Shown here in pieces: positions 55,560 to 64,000 of a DNA stretch of 64,000 bases. Source of the DNA: a virus; IMG/VR virus record IMGVR_UViG_3300036795_000124, positions 753 through 64,752 of that record. One strand, written 5' to 3'. Within the stretch, counting starts at the first letter, position 1, and each line of letters opens with the position of its first letter. Both the position numbers and the translations under genes were made by a program. The notes under the pieces were generated by a model. That model was given only the letters and a program-made list of their open reading frames with translations, made no database searches and had not been told where the DNA came from.

Positions 55560-55946
55560 ATGACCGCAGTATCGCCGTCGACGTGGCTCGCGCGCTTGTG
55601 GCAAGAGGCAGCGCAGATCTTCGACAAGTGGAGCGTCGATGGCGCCAAGGGCGAGCACGACGGACCGGCGGCGGAGCATCCCGACGTCCAAGCGGTCGCG
55701 GCCCAGCTTGCCGAGACCAAGCCCCCCGACATCACCGCCGATCAGGCGGCGATCGCAGATCATATCTCCCAGGTGGTCTTCGGCATGCAAAGCCATGCTG
55801 CGATGCTGATCAGCAAGCCCGGCGCCGACGATGCCTTTGAGGGCAAAGCGGCCGATGACCCCGGGGCCGATCCCGGCAAGGATCAGGGCGATCCAAGCAG
55901 CGACAAGATAAAGCCGAACAAAAAGCCCAAGCCGGAGAATGATTAA
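55560..55946 (+). CDS. Hypothetical protein
   Basis: AAAGGA SD; acidic. Confidence 0.6.
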   Translation: MTAVSPSTWLARLWQEAAQIFDKWSVDGAKGEHDGPAAEHPDVQAVAAQLAETKPPDITADQAAIADHISQVVFGMQSHAAMLISKPGADDAFEGKAADDPGADPGKDQGDPSSDKIKPNKKPKPEND

Positions 55947-56025
55947 CAGCGTTGGCGGAGTGGGCGGGAGTCGAACCCGACTCGACTGATCAAGCCGAGG
56001 CGCCGCGAAGGCGCGCACACCGTTA
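55944..56025 (-). ncRNA. tRNA-3'-half-like structured element
   Basis: CGGG-TTCGACT-CCCG T-arm then CCCACTCCGCCA; no D arm or anticodon arm found. Confidence 0.45.
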
Positions 56026-56027
56026 TT

Positions 56028-56225
56028 TCAGGGCCGGTGGCGTTTGCGCGGCGCGTCTTTCAGCAATTGCGCGATCGCGAGCGCGGCGATGGGCGTGATC
56101 GGCACCTTGCCGGTCGCCCACCGCCGCAATGTCGAGACATCGATCCGCAGAGTTTTGGCGAGCTGCTTGCGCCAATATTCGCCGAACAGCCGCTCACCCG
56201 CAGCGATGAGTTCTGAGGGTGTCAT
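56028..56225 (-). CDS. Cro/CI-type HTH protein
   Basis: RKQLAKTLRIDVSTLRRWATG. Confidence 0.75.
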   Translation of the reverse strand: MTPSELIAAGERLFGEYWRKQLAKTLRIDVSTLRRWATGKVPITPIAALAIAQLLKDAPRKRHRP

Positions 56226-56236
56226 CTCAGCGGCCC

Positions 56237-56840
56237 TCAATCAGCCGCCTCGTGCTCCATGACCCACCGGAGCACGTGCTCCGACATGCCATCCAGATGG
56301 ACCCACGCCCCGTAGCCCACGCCGTTCTGTGCGCTGGCCACGTTGATCGTATAGGCGCGCGGACACGCCGGGGCTGGCATTCCCCCGTTTGCCCACGTCG
56401 GCCGATGCGCCTGCTCGTCGGTGATCACGATCAGTCGGTCGTGTGGTACCTGGGCATTGATCGCGGCCACCGCCTCGAACAACCGCGTGCCGACGTGCCA
56501 TTGGCTCCTGACGATCGCATCGACGCCGGCCATGCCACGTCTTGGTGGGACCTCCACGGTCCGATCCGAGAAGCTGAACACGCGGAGCGCCTCGGCGTTG
56601 ATCATCGAGGCCAGCGTGGCCGCAGCATCCATGCGCGTCTGACCGACAGCTTGACATCCATCGAACCGGACACGTCCACCAGGACCACGGTACGGCCGCG
56701 CAGGACGGGCAGCTCGCCGATCGCCTTGACCAAGACGGCGTCAAGTACGGGCTCGAACTGAGGCGCGGCACGCGCGGCAGCGACGTAGCGGAACGGCAGC
56801 ACGCGATCAGCACCCCCCTTGCGGGCTACCCACGCGCGAT
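56237..56840 (-). pseudogene. rsr: Ro60/TROVE (Rsr) C-terminal remnant, 5'-truncated and frameshifted
   Basis: RVLPFRY, VLVDVSGSM (vWA), DRLIVITDEQ and NVASAQNGVGYG motifs; frame break near 56635-56645. Confidence 0.85.
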
Positions 56841-56926
56841 CAAGCCGGAAGATCAAACGACAGCGACACTCATTTTCAAGATGCAGTCGCCGCCTACGCT
56901 ATCCGGTACGCACGTCATTCAAGGCC

Positions 56927-57063
56927 GTGAGAGATCAGGCGAAAACGGTAACAGTACGTGCTCTACCAGACTGAGCTAACGCCCCGTATATGTGGAGCGT
57001 GATGGATTCGAACCACCGACCCCGTCCTCCTTGAAGGAAGTAACCGTCATCTACGCTACTCAC
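56927..57063 (-). ncRNA. yrlA: YrlA-type Y RNA (tRNA mimic)
   Basis: T-arm, then loop-closed acceptor-like stem, then D-arm, enclosed by a long terminal stem; directly upstream of the rsr remnant. Confidence 0.8.
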
Positions 57064-57082
57064 GCACATTCAGCGGCGCGGC

Positions 57083-57111
57083 TTATGCGCGCCCATCATG
57101 CGCGGTGTCAA
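57083..57111 (-). promoter_or_regulatory. Putative sigma70 promoter for the Y RNA
   Basis: TTGACA-N17-GCATAA on the minus strand. Confidence 0.55.
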
Positions 57112-57192
57112 GCCCCTGGGAAAAGCTTTCGCGCCGCGCGCGATGCCGTGTTATAGCCGGCTTGTCACAGCCATCCTGGAAAGGAATACGCC

Positions 57193-57297
57193 ATGAGCGG
57201 CACACAAGCGCAGGACCCCTCGCCCGAGCCACAGCCTGATCCTGCACCACAGCCCGAGCCACAGCCCAATCCGCCAGCGGACCCGCCGGCCGCATAA
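57193..57297 (+). CDS. 34-aa Pro/Gln-rich peptide (absent from the ORF track)
   Basis: AAGGA SD; MSGTQAQDPSPEPQPDPAPQPEPQPNPPADPPAA. Confidence 0.45.
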   Translation: MSGTQAQDPSPEPQPDPAPQPEPQPNPPADPPAA

Positions 57298-57371
57298 TTG
57301 TCACCGGCACGCGCATAATTCCACCGCAGGGGCGCATCCGTAAGGGGCGCCCCTTTGCTTGTGAGGCCACC

Positions 57372-57533
57372 ATGTATCTGATCTTGATCATCCTCGTGAT
57401 CTTGCTGCTGGCGGGCGGTGGTGGCTGGCATTACGGGCCGGCAATGGGATGGGGCGCGCCGCATTATCTCGGCGGCGGGCTCGCCATCGTCCTGTTGATC
57501 ATTCTCATTCTCGCCCTGTTGGGGCGCCTCTGA
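57372..57533 (+). CDS. DUF3309-like small membrane protein (absent from the ORF track)
   Basis: MYLILIILVILLLAGGGGWHYG...GGGLAIVLLIILILALLGRL. Confidence 0.7.
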   Translation: MYLILIILVILLLAGGGGWHYGPAMGWGAPHYLGGGLAIVLLIILILALLGRL

Positions 57534-57637
57534 ATGGAGCAACTGTTTCCCGAATTGATCCAGGCGATCGCGACCGCGCTCGGCGCTGTGATCACCGCTA
57601 CCGCCGCCAGCGCGCGCCCCATAATCAGGGAACATTC

Positions 57638-58063
57638 ATGAGCGAGATTAAGAGCAAGCCAATTCTCTGTCTGGATTTCGACGGCGTAATGCACAGCTAT
57701 TCGAGCGGATGGAAGGGCGCTGACGTGATCCCTGATCCGCCGGTGCCCGGTATGGTGGAGTTCCTCGAACGCGCAATGGAGTGGTTCGACATCCACGTGT
57801 TCAGCAGTCGCTCGCATCAGACCGGCGGCACGCAGGCGATGAGAGATTGGCTCCGCACGCATGTCACGCGACATTTCGACTGTGAGTTCCACACTGGCAG
57901 ACCCGCAGATTTCGACCGCGCCATGGCGATCATCGACGGGGTGACATTCGCTACCGAAAAGCCTGCGGCCTTCCTATCGATCGATGATCGCGCATTGACA
58001 TTCAATGGCGAATGGCCTGATCCAATGTCACTTCGCTTGTTCAAGCCATGGAATAAGCGATAA
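57638..58063 (+). CDS. HAD-superfamily phosphatase-like protein
   Basis: LDFDGV motif I, VFSSR, KP...SIDDRA. Confidence 0.85.
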   Translation: MSEIKSKPILCLDFDGVMHSYSSGWKGADVIPDPPVPGMVEFLERAMEWFDIHVFSSRSHQTGGTQAMRDWLRTHVTRHFDCEFHTGRPADFDRAMAIIDGVTFATEKPAAFLSIDDRALTFNGEWPDPMSLRLFKPWNKR

Positions 58064-58086
58064 TCACCATGACCAAGGAGGTTCCG

Positions 58087-58434
58087 ATGTTTTCACCCGC
58101 TCAGATCGCCACCGAAGTTGAAATGGTTGTCGGCATGCTTGAGGGCGTTGTGCCGCAACTCGGTCTATCCGCCAACACCACGACCGGAATTAGCAACGCA
58201 TTGGAGGACGTTCGGCTTGCGACCGACGCCTTCGCGAAAGCCGACAACGCCGCGACCGCCGCTCCGCTGATCGATCGCATCGGTGCAGATCTCAACGGCG
58301 TGCTGAGCACGTTGGCGTCCGCTCCGCTACCGAGCGCTGCCGTGATCCCTGTACGGATTGCGTCTATCCTGGTGCCGGTGATTATCGGCGCTGCCGATCT
58401 CCTATTTCCGCCGACGCTGCCGAAGCTGACCTGA
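58087..58434 (+). CDS. Hypothetical protein
   Basis: AAGGAGG SD. Confidence 0.6.
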   Translation: MFSPAQIATEVEMVVGMLEGVVPQLGLSANTTTGISNALEDVRLATDAFAKADNAATAAPLIDRIGADLNGVLSTLASAPLPSAAVIPVRIASILVPVIIGAADLLFPPTLPKLT

Positions 58435-58662
58435 TCAATCAAGCAAGCGAACGTCAAACGACGCCAATTCGCGCGACGCGCGGATCGATTGCAGATCGCG
58501 CTCGAATTCGATCAGCATCGTCTCGTCGGTGGTCTGCGGCTGGATCGTAGCAATCCAGGCTTTGACCGGGACGCCATTGTCCGTGGTGCCCTCCCAGATG
58601 CGGGCTCGAACCGTGCCGTCGATGGTATCGATGGTCGTGGTCGGCGTGAGGATGAGTTTCAT
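58435..58662 (-). CDS. Hypothetical protein
   Basis: ATGA-coupled. Confidence 0.55.
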   Translation of the reverse strand: MKLILTPTTTIDTIDGTVRARIWEGTTDNGVPVKAWIATIQPQTTDETMLIEFERDLQSIRASRELASFDVRLLD

Positions 58663-58838
58663 GACGATGCCTTCAGTTTGTCGATGATCGCTTGGATGAT
58701 TTCGCACTGACGATCCGCTTTGGCCTGCGACAATCGTTTGTTGGAAATCCACATCGGATAAACGCGATGCCGCAGCACGAGCTCGCGCTCGAGTTCGTTG
58801 ATCATGTCCTGGGTGGAAATCGGCAGCAGATCAGCCAT
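58659..58838 (-). CDS. Hypothetical phage protein
   Basis: GGAGG SD; ERELVLRHRVYP motif. Confidence 0.65.
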   Translation of the reverse strand: MADLLPISTQDMINELERELVLRHRVYPMWISNKRLSQAKADRQCEIIQAIIDKLKASS

Positions 58839-59076
58839 GGCCAACCTCCACGGGAAACTCGATCTTCGGTTCAAGATTAACCGAGTCCTGGAAGAATTGG
58901 ATCGCCTCCGGATCGTAGCCGGTGCCCTTGAGCAGCACCGCCGCGATCTGGCCCAGCGCGTTGAGCGCCTCCAAGGTGCGCGTGGGTGAGGTCTCGTTGG
59001 TCTCGTAATTCTGTTTGACCGCTTCGAGGATCGCGGCCCCGATCTTTTCGACGTTATCCCTGTTGATCACGAGCAT
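58831..59076 (-). CDS. Hypothetical protein
   Basis: ORF with SD. Confidence 0.55.
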   Translation of the reverse strand: MLVINRDNVEKIGAAILEAVKQNYETNETSPTRTLEALNALGQIAAVLLKGTGYDPEAIQFFQDSVNLEPKIEFPVEVGHG

Positions 59077-59272
59077 TGTCGGTATCCCCTTCGGCCGGGT
59101 TGTGCACAACCTGCCGCATATCGCCGCTGGGCATTTTGATCGCAAATGGGGGAGGACCCAGGTCGGCGAGTAAAAGCGGCGTCTTGGGCAACGAGTGCCA
59201 TACGCCATCCTCGGTGATGTGACCCCACGGCCGCCCATCATCGCATTCGTCGTGAATGCGCCCGTCGCTCAT
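59054..59272 (-). CDS. Hypothetical protein
   Basis: ATGA-coupled. Confidence 0.4.
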   Translation of the reverse strand: MSDGRIHDECDDGRPWGHITEDGVWHSLPKTPLLLADLGPPPFAIKMPSGDMRQVVHNPAEGDTDNARDQQG

Positions 59273-59538
59273 GATGCCAATCGCTCGCCTTTAGCATCTG
59301 GGTTCTTAAGCCGATCGGGATGGGCGTCGCGCCACGCTTTGACGCGATCCATCATGCGATTAACAGCCTGGATTTGATCCATGTCGCAACCGAGCTCGAT
59401 GCATTTGTTGCGATAGTCCTGCAAGATCGCTGCAAACGCGTTGTCTTTGATGAGAAAGACGATGCGCTCATCCTCCAACACCGGTGAGTGATCCTTTACC
59501 TTGTAGACTACGCCGTAGAATTTCTGATCAGCGTTCAT
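59269..59538 (-). CDS. Hypothetical phage protein
   Basis: VFLIKDNAFAAIL motif. Confidence 0.6.
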   Translation of the reverse strand: MNADQKFYGVVYKVKDHSPVLEDERIVFLIKDNAFAAILQDYRNKCIELGCDMDQIQAVNRMMDRVKAWRDAHPDRLKNPDAKGERLAS

Positions 59539-59758
59539 GAGCTTTCCCCCGATTTCTATCGGCCGCACGCCAATCGATGCCGTTTTCTTCGCAGTACCGG
59601 CGCAAAACATCGACCTCGCTGCGGAGCAGATGACCTGTTACCGGCACAAATTTGTTCACATCTTCGGGCGGCAGGCTTTCGAGCGTGCCGGCGAACAGAT
59701 CGAGATGATCGCAGATCGTCGCCAACACGTGCGCATTGCGCATACGTTCGTCGCTCAT
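59528..59758 (-). CDS. Hypothetical protein
   Basis: ATGA-coupled. Confidence 0.55.
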   Translation of the reverse strand: MSDERMRNAHVLATICDHLDLFAGTLESLPPEDVNKFVPVTGHLLRSEVDVLRRYCEENGIDWRAADRNRGKAHER

Positions 59759-60363
59759 TCCGCGCTGACCCAATTGGATTTCGGTTTCCAACTTACGCCA
59801 CGACAGATGTTTGAGACCTGTGATGAGCTAATCGTGAATTCGATCGCCAGCTTCTCCAGAGTCCAACCGTTTGTGCGTAAGAGCCGCATTCGATCGACCT
59901 GTTCCTGCGTCAGGATTGCGGCTGAATTCTCTGCTCCGCGCAGTGTTCGACCAGGACCTATAAATGATTGCCGTCCCTTTCTTACTTTGTCATCCATGTT
60001 TTCCTGATGGGTGCCTGGGAACAGGTGGAGTGGCTGAATACACGGCATAAAGTCGCAACGATGTAGAATTTGTGCGCCGTTCGGTATTGGTCCCACGAAC
60101 AATTCGTAGGAGAGGCGATGCGCCATCTTTGTGATACCACTCTTTTTTCCGTTCCTAACTGTGATCAGTCCATATCGATCGCCTTGCCTTGCGCCGATCC
60201 ATTCCCAGCAATCTCCGACGACGTCCGGGGTTCGACATTCAACGAGTCGGATCTTTGATAGCACCCGCTGGCGCAAATCGTAATCTCTCAACATTGTTCT
60301 CATGTGTTCCGCATCAAGCACCGATCCACAGCAGTTGCATGCTATAATTGGCTTAATCGGCAT
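59755..60363 (-). CDS. HNH endonuclease with C-terminal HTH
   Basis: CWEW...AHRLSY...LHRCD...CIQPLHL..GTHQEN motif. Confidence 0.9.
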   Translation of the reverse strand: MPIKPIIACNCCGSVLDAEHMRTMLRDYDLRQRVLSKIRLVECRTPDVVGDCWEWIGARQGDRYGLITVRNGKKSGITKMAHRLSYELFVGPIPNGAQILHRCDFMPCIQPLHLFPGTHQENMDDKVRKGRQSFIGPGRTLRGAENSAAILTQEQVDRMRLLRTNGWTLEKLAIEFTISSSQVSNICRGVSWKPKSNWVSAE

Positions 60364-60922
60364 TGACGTGACTCGGTCTCTGTACGTTTAAATCAGAGTA
60401 AGATTTCCATCCTTTTTCTGCAAATTCCTTGTTGTATACCTCGCCGCGTGGATGAATTGGGCTCCATGAGCGATCGCAGAACACCCGCCAGTGCTGGACG
60501 CCGGCCTCCTTGCCCTGTTGCGAGAATGGCCCCTCGTGCCAGGACAGCTTAGCCGCATCATGGCCGAGGATCGCCTGGACCCATTGATCGGCAAGCGTGG
60601 AATTGAACTGCCATAACTCGACATAACCGAAGAAGTTTTTGGCGAATTCCACACCAACAAGACGATCGACTGGCCAATTCGGCATGGGGATGCGGAACGA
60701 CAGCGAGACATGCAGGCAACGTTCGTAATCGGGATTTTTCATCCATCCAGAACTATGATGCCCGGCATCGCGGGTGAACATGATCAGACTGCCACTGTGC
60801 GCGTGGAAATGCGTGCATCGGCGGTAGTAGGCGCGCTCCTCCGGCGTGTCGTCGCGGCCGTGGGTCACGCCGTAGGACGCGGTGCGGCGGATTGCCGCGA
60901 TGACGATCTCGGGGATGTCCAT
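60353..60922 (-). CDS. Hypothetical phage protein
   Basis: 189-aa ORF. Confidence 0.65.
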   Translation of the reverse strand: MDIPEIVIAAIRRTASYGVTHGRDDTPEERAYYRRCTHFHAHSGSLIMFTRDAGHHSSGWMKNPDYERCLHVSLSFRIPMPNWPVDRLVGVEFAKNFFGYVELWQFNSTLADQWVQAILGHDAAKLSWHEGPFSQQGKEAGVQHWRVFCDRSWSPIHPRGEVYNKEFAEKGWKSYSDLNVQRPSHVNAD

Positions 60923-60923
60923 G

Positions 60924-61160
60924 TCAGTTCGCCTTGAGCGGATAGAGGACGTTGCACAATTTCTGCGCCGCCCTCGTTGATCGGAACGGCAGATTGCAGC
61001 ACGGGCAGACTTCCCTCACAGTGTTGCCGACGGCGTCTTTGATAACGAAACGACCGCCCTCAGGTGCAAGCTCGATCTCCATGCCGTCGCAACGGCGTCC
61101 AACCGTCATGCTGGTACCAACGTTGACGATAGCAAACCAGCCCGATTCCTTCTCAGCCAT
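60924..61160 (-). CDS. Small Zn-finger-like protein
   Basis: CPCC motif. Confidence 0.5.
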   Translation of the reverse strand: MAEKESGWFAIVNVGTSMTVGRRCDGMEIELAPEGGRFVIKDAVGNTVREVCPCCNLPFRSTRAAQKLCNVLYPLKAN

Positions 61161-61416
61161 GTCCTGATTCCCCGTGGATGCGCTCGCTCTCGATCGCGAT
61201 CAGCGAACGCACCATACCGATGTGCATGCTGAGCAATTCCTCGCGGCTGCGGGCGGTGTTCTTCGGATCGATCACGGCCCCATCTTTCCAGATATGGCCC
61301 GCCAGCCACGTGGCCAGCAGGTCCGCCAGCGCCGCGCCCTGGACCTGCGGCGGTTGCCCCGCCAACACGGGCCGCAGCCGCGCCACCAGCGCCTCCACCT
61401 GTTCAGGGGCCGTCAT
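61153..61416 (-). CDS. Hypothetical protein
   Basis: Coupled ORF. Confidence 0.55.
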   Translation of the reverse strand: MTAPEQVEALVARLRPVLAGQPPQVQGAALADLLATWLAGHIWKDGAVIDPKNTARSREELLSMHIGMVRSLIAIESERIHGESGHG

Positions 61417-61430
61417 AGGGCGGCCCCCCG

Positions 61431-62039
61431 CTATAGCGCCGCGTGATGCGCCGCAGCGTCCGCGACGATGCCCTTGTGGACGAGCTGCACGGCGCGGACG
61501 ATCTCCATGCCACGGAGATGCGGATCGGCGGACAGCGACATCGCCTCCCCCGTGAAATGATGCACACTTTCCGCGAGGCTAGGCCATTTCCACCGGCCGT
61601 TGCCCTGTAGGACGACGCGCACGACATCGGCGCCTTTCTGCATGGTGCAGAACCACGGTGGCATCTCGGGTGGCTCAAGTCCCGTATCGCGATAGACGCG
61701 CCGCAGCACCCGGCTATGGAACGAGGCGTTATGGGCGACGATCATATCGGCCGCACTGATCAGGCGCGACAGCAGATTGGTGATCAGCGGCAGCTTGACG
61801 CCGTGATTGTGGAGATCCGTCTGGTCGATATTGTGCAGCGCCATTCCGATCGCTGTGATGGCGGGCCAGCCGGACAGCGGTTCAACAAGGCGGCAGGCCG
61901 CATCGAGTTCGTGGTCCATGGTATCATCGGCGAGAATGGCAGCGACGCGGATCATGTGCGGCTGCGACGGCGATTGCTCGGGTTCGCGCCAATTCCAGAC
62001 GCCTGTGGTGCTTGCTGTGTCCAAATATAAGATTCTCAT
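61431..62039 (-). CDS. DnaQ-like 3'-5' exonuclease fold, catalytic motifs degenerate
   Basis: LDTASTTG, VAHNASFH, CTM and KWPSLAE motifs. Confidence 0.7.
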   Translation of the reverse strand: MRILYLDTASTTGVWNWREPEQSPSQPHMIRVAAILADDTMDHELDAACRLVEPLSGWPAITAIGMALHNIDQTDLHNHGVKLPLITNLLSRLISAADMIVAHNASFHSRVLRRVYRDTGLEPPEMPPWFCTMQKGADVVRVVLQGNGRWKWPSLAESVHHFTGEAMSLSADPHLRGMEIVRAVQLVHKGIVADAAAHHAAL

Positions 62040-62052
62040 GTCGGTGTCCTCG

Positions 62053-62247
62053 TTAGGAGATGGATTTCATGGCATCTGCGACCGCCGAAATAGGATCGCT
62101 ACCTATGCCTCTCGCTTCGTGATCTCCGCCATCGCGTTCGAGTAAGGCGTCGTACGTCAGAGCTCCGCCGAAGCACCATCCCCGATCTCGCCGCACGATA
62201 ATCGAAATCACATGCCAGTGCAGCGGCAACGCCGGCCACCCGCTCAC
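62053..62247 (-). CDS. Hypothetical protein
   Basis: GTGA overlap. Confidence 0.45.
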   Translation of the reverse strand: MSGWPALPLHWHVISIIVRRDRGWCFGGALTYDALLERDGGDHEARGIGSDPISAVADAMKSIS

Positions 62248-62459
62248 CACGTCTGAGTCCTGGCGCGTTCGCCCCAGGAGATGATGATCTTGTTCTGTAC
62301 CACCACATCCCAATAGGCTTTGGGCACCACGGCGGTCGATCGCCTGACCTTGTTCGGCACCTTGTCGCGATGGATTTGCGCCTCGAACGAACGATCCTCG
62401 TTGTAGATCAACCAGGGCGCATCTTTTGGCGCCAACGGCCGTTGGATTTTCACAAGCAT
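62244..62459 (-). CDS. Hypothetical phage protein
   Basis: GGAGGACACC before the ATG. Confidence 0.6.
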   Translation of the reverse strand: MLVKIQRPLAPKDAPWLIYNEDRSFEAQIHRDKVPNKVRRSTAVVPKAYWDVVVQNKIIISWGERARTQTW

Positions 62460-62650
62460 TGGTGTCCTCCCTCAAACATTCTCACGGAGTCCTCGTGTCG
62501 TTCCTTATCCCAGCGTGTTTCCGATTCGGTAAGCGGACGTTCCCGCATGATCTTCAGTTTGTCGTCTAATCTGGCTATCTCCATATCGACGGCACGCTCA
62601 ATACAGAGCATGCGGCATATATCGCGAGTGAAATTCGATATCCCGGTCAT
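62450..62650 (-). CDS. Hypothetical protein
   Basis: ATGA-coupled. Confidence 0.5.
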   Translation of the reverse strand: MTGISNFTRDICRMLCIERAVDMEIARLDDKLKIMRERPLTESETRWDKERHEDSVRMFEGGHQCL

Positions 62651-62868
62651 AACGCGATCTCCAACAGGATTCTCTCATAGGCGCGAACAAATGATTCACC
62701 GGGCCTGATCTCGAAGATGCGATCGGGTTGTTCCCGTTTGGTGAATTGCAACGCGACCTGCTTGAGCGATGCCGGCACCACGGCGAATCCCTCGTGATCC
62801 ATGGCGGCGAGGAATTCCAATTGCGACATGGCGCCCCGGATGGCGGCGCGATCGCGCCACGATTTCAT
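62647..62868 (-). CDS. Hypothetical protein
   Basis: ATGA-coupled. Confidence 0.5.
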   Translation of the reverse strand: MKSWRDRAAIRGAMSQLEFLAAMDHEGFAVVPASLKQVALQFTKREQPDRIFEIRPGESFVRAYERILLEIAL

Positions 62869-63456
62869 GATGCCTCTTTCCCTTGGTCCTGGGTCAATAG
62901 ACCGCGTGCATCGTCGCTCTCCCCTTCGGCCTCGGCTTCATCGGCCTCGTCATCCTCGCCGCCGAAGAATTCCCCAGGCGTCGGGTCGGATGCGAATCCC
63001 GATCCCTTGTAGCCGGGCATGTTGCCCACCATGCGCTTGCGGACCTCGCTGATCTTGCCGTGGTCGTTGATGCCGTAATCGCGCGCCAACGCCAGCAGCG
63101 CATCGCCGGAGAAGCCTTTGAGGATTTCCTCGGTATCACAGCGCGGCAGGTGATCCTCGGCGCCCACCAGCTTGGCGATGACGTTGACGATGTGGCCCGA
63201 TCCGCCGACGATCTTCGGGTGATTGCAGCGGATGACGGCCTCGACCAGAGCGATCGCTACGTCACGCAACTGCTCCGACGTCACAACATCGGACGCCAAC
63301 ACGCGGACCACATGACCGATTGATCCCCTGCCATACATCTGTTGAGAGGTTTGCACGGTGACGTTGTCAGCCGCGAATAGCAGCATCACAATGCGCAACA
63401 GGTCGTTGGGATCGGTCCAGGATCATGTACAGTTTGTCGAGATTGAAATTTGTCAT
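62865..63456 (-). pseudogene. Probable frameshifted or internally deleted gene
   Basis: Strong SD and ATG at 63456 give only 29 aa, while an overlapping 177-codon frame runs to 62865. Confidence 0.4.
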
Positions 63457-63472
63457 GTGATCTCCTCCTTAA

Positions 63473-63661
63473 TCATTCCGGCGGTTCCAATTCGTCACCA
63501 AGTACGAGGCAATCGTCGGACGCGATGTGTTGGCATTTGCCTGCCTCCAACCAGGAATAGCCGGTCCAGTGGCGCACTTGCGGTTCATCAGGATGATCCA
63601 ATCCAACGGCGATCAGCACAGTCCAGTAAAAACCAACATGTCCTATCGATGGCTTGCTCAT
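63473..63661 (-). CDS. Hypothetical protein
   Basis: ATGA-coupled. Confidence 0.55.
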   Translation of the reverse strand: MSKPSIGHVGFYWTVLIAVGLDHPDEPQVRHWTGYSWLEAGKCQHIASDDCLVLGDELEPPE

Positions 63662-63981
63662 CGCTCGACCGCCGTCTCGATGTGCAACCGCACGCGCTCG
63701 GCCAGAGCGCGGCCCTTTGCTGTTGCTGTGACGTCATGCCGGCGGGCATTCTCCGAATTGATCGCCCGCCGCATGTAGCCGCTGTCCTCCAGCACGCGCG
63801 CAAGTCGCGCTATTTGCGAAACGCTCATGTCCATTTGCAGCGCCGCGTCGGATAGCGTGATCTTGCCGTTAGTAACGATGTGGCCAAGCAGGATAAGATG
63901 CTGCGTTCGCAGCGATGCGATCTGCCGATCGCGTGCCAACAGGGCTTGCAGCACCGTCAAATCCTGGCTGTTCACGTTCAA
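63658..63981 (-). CDS. MarR-family winged-helix regulator
   Basis: LSDAALQMDMSVSQIARLARVLEDSGYMRR...TAKG; GGGAGG SD. Confidence 0.8.
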   Translation of the reverse strand: MNVNSQDLTVLQALLARDRQIASLRTQHLILLGHIVTNGKITLSDAALQMDMSVSQIARLARVLEDSGYMRRAINSENARRHDVTATAKGRALAERVRLHIETAVER

Positions 63982-64000
63982 CCTCCCACGACCGGCACAG

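Noticed and set aside
56940-57020. Canonical tRNA gene
   Set aside because: The T-arm precedes the D-arm and there is no anticodon arm or CCA end; it fits a Y RNA instead
1-64000. CGATCG/GCGATCGC abundance as an HIP1-like repeat
   Set aside because: Explained by GCG/GCC and ATC codon preference in high-GC coding DNA; no count was run

Overview
High-GC tailed-phage (or prophage) DNA with a contractile-tail (myovirus-type) morphogenesis cluster. No integrase, repressor/cro pair, replication initiator or standalone endolysin is recognisable, so the genome is probably incomplete in this window. An alphaproteobacterial host is an inference from gene content only. Layout: rightward replication-adjacent genes (1-3.06 kb); a leftward accessory operon (3.2-12.8 kb) punctuated by eight copies of a structured intergenic element and headed by a candidate hammerhead ribozyme; a ParB / ABC-ATPase-GNAT / ASCH cluster, terS and terL (13.5-17.7 kb); about 7.8 kb of accessory genes separating terL from the portal; head, neck, tail and baseplate genes (25.4-55.9 kb); a YrlA-like Y RNA next to a broken Ro60/TROVE gene (56-57 kb); and a second leftward accessory operon (58.4-64 kb). 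The most striking observation is an intein in the gpF-like head morphogenesis gene whose antisense strand carries a complete, SD-equipped 269-aa HTH plus PD-(D/E)XK (Vsr/DUF559-like) endonuclease gene nested entirely inside it. All family assignments are by-eye motif recognition; no database searches were run.
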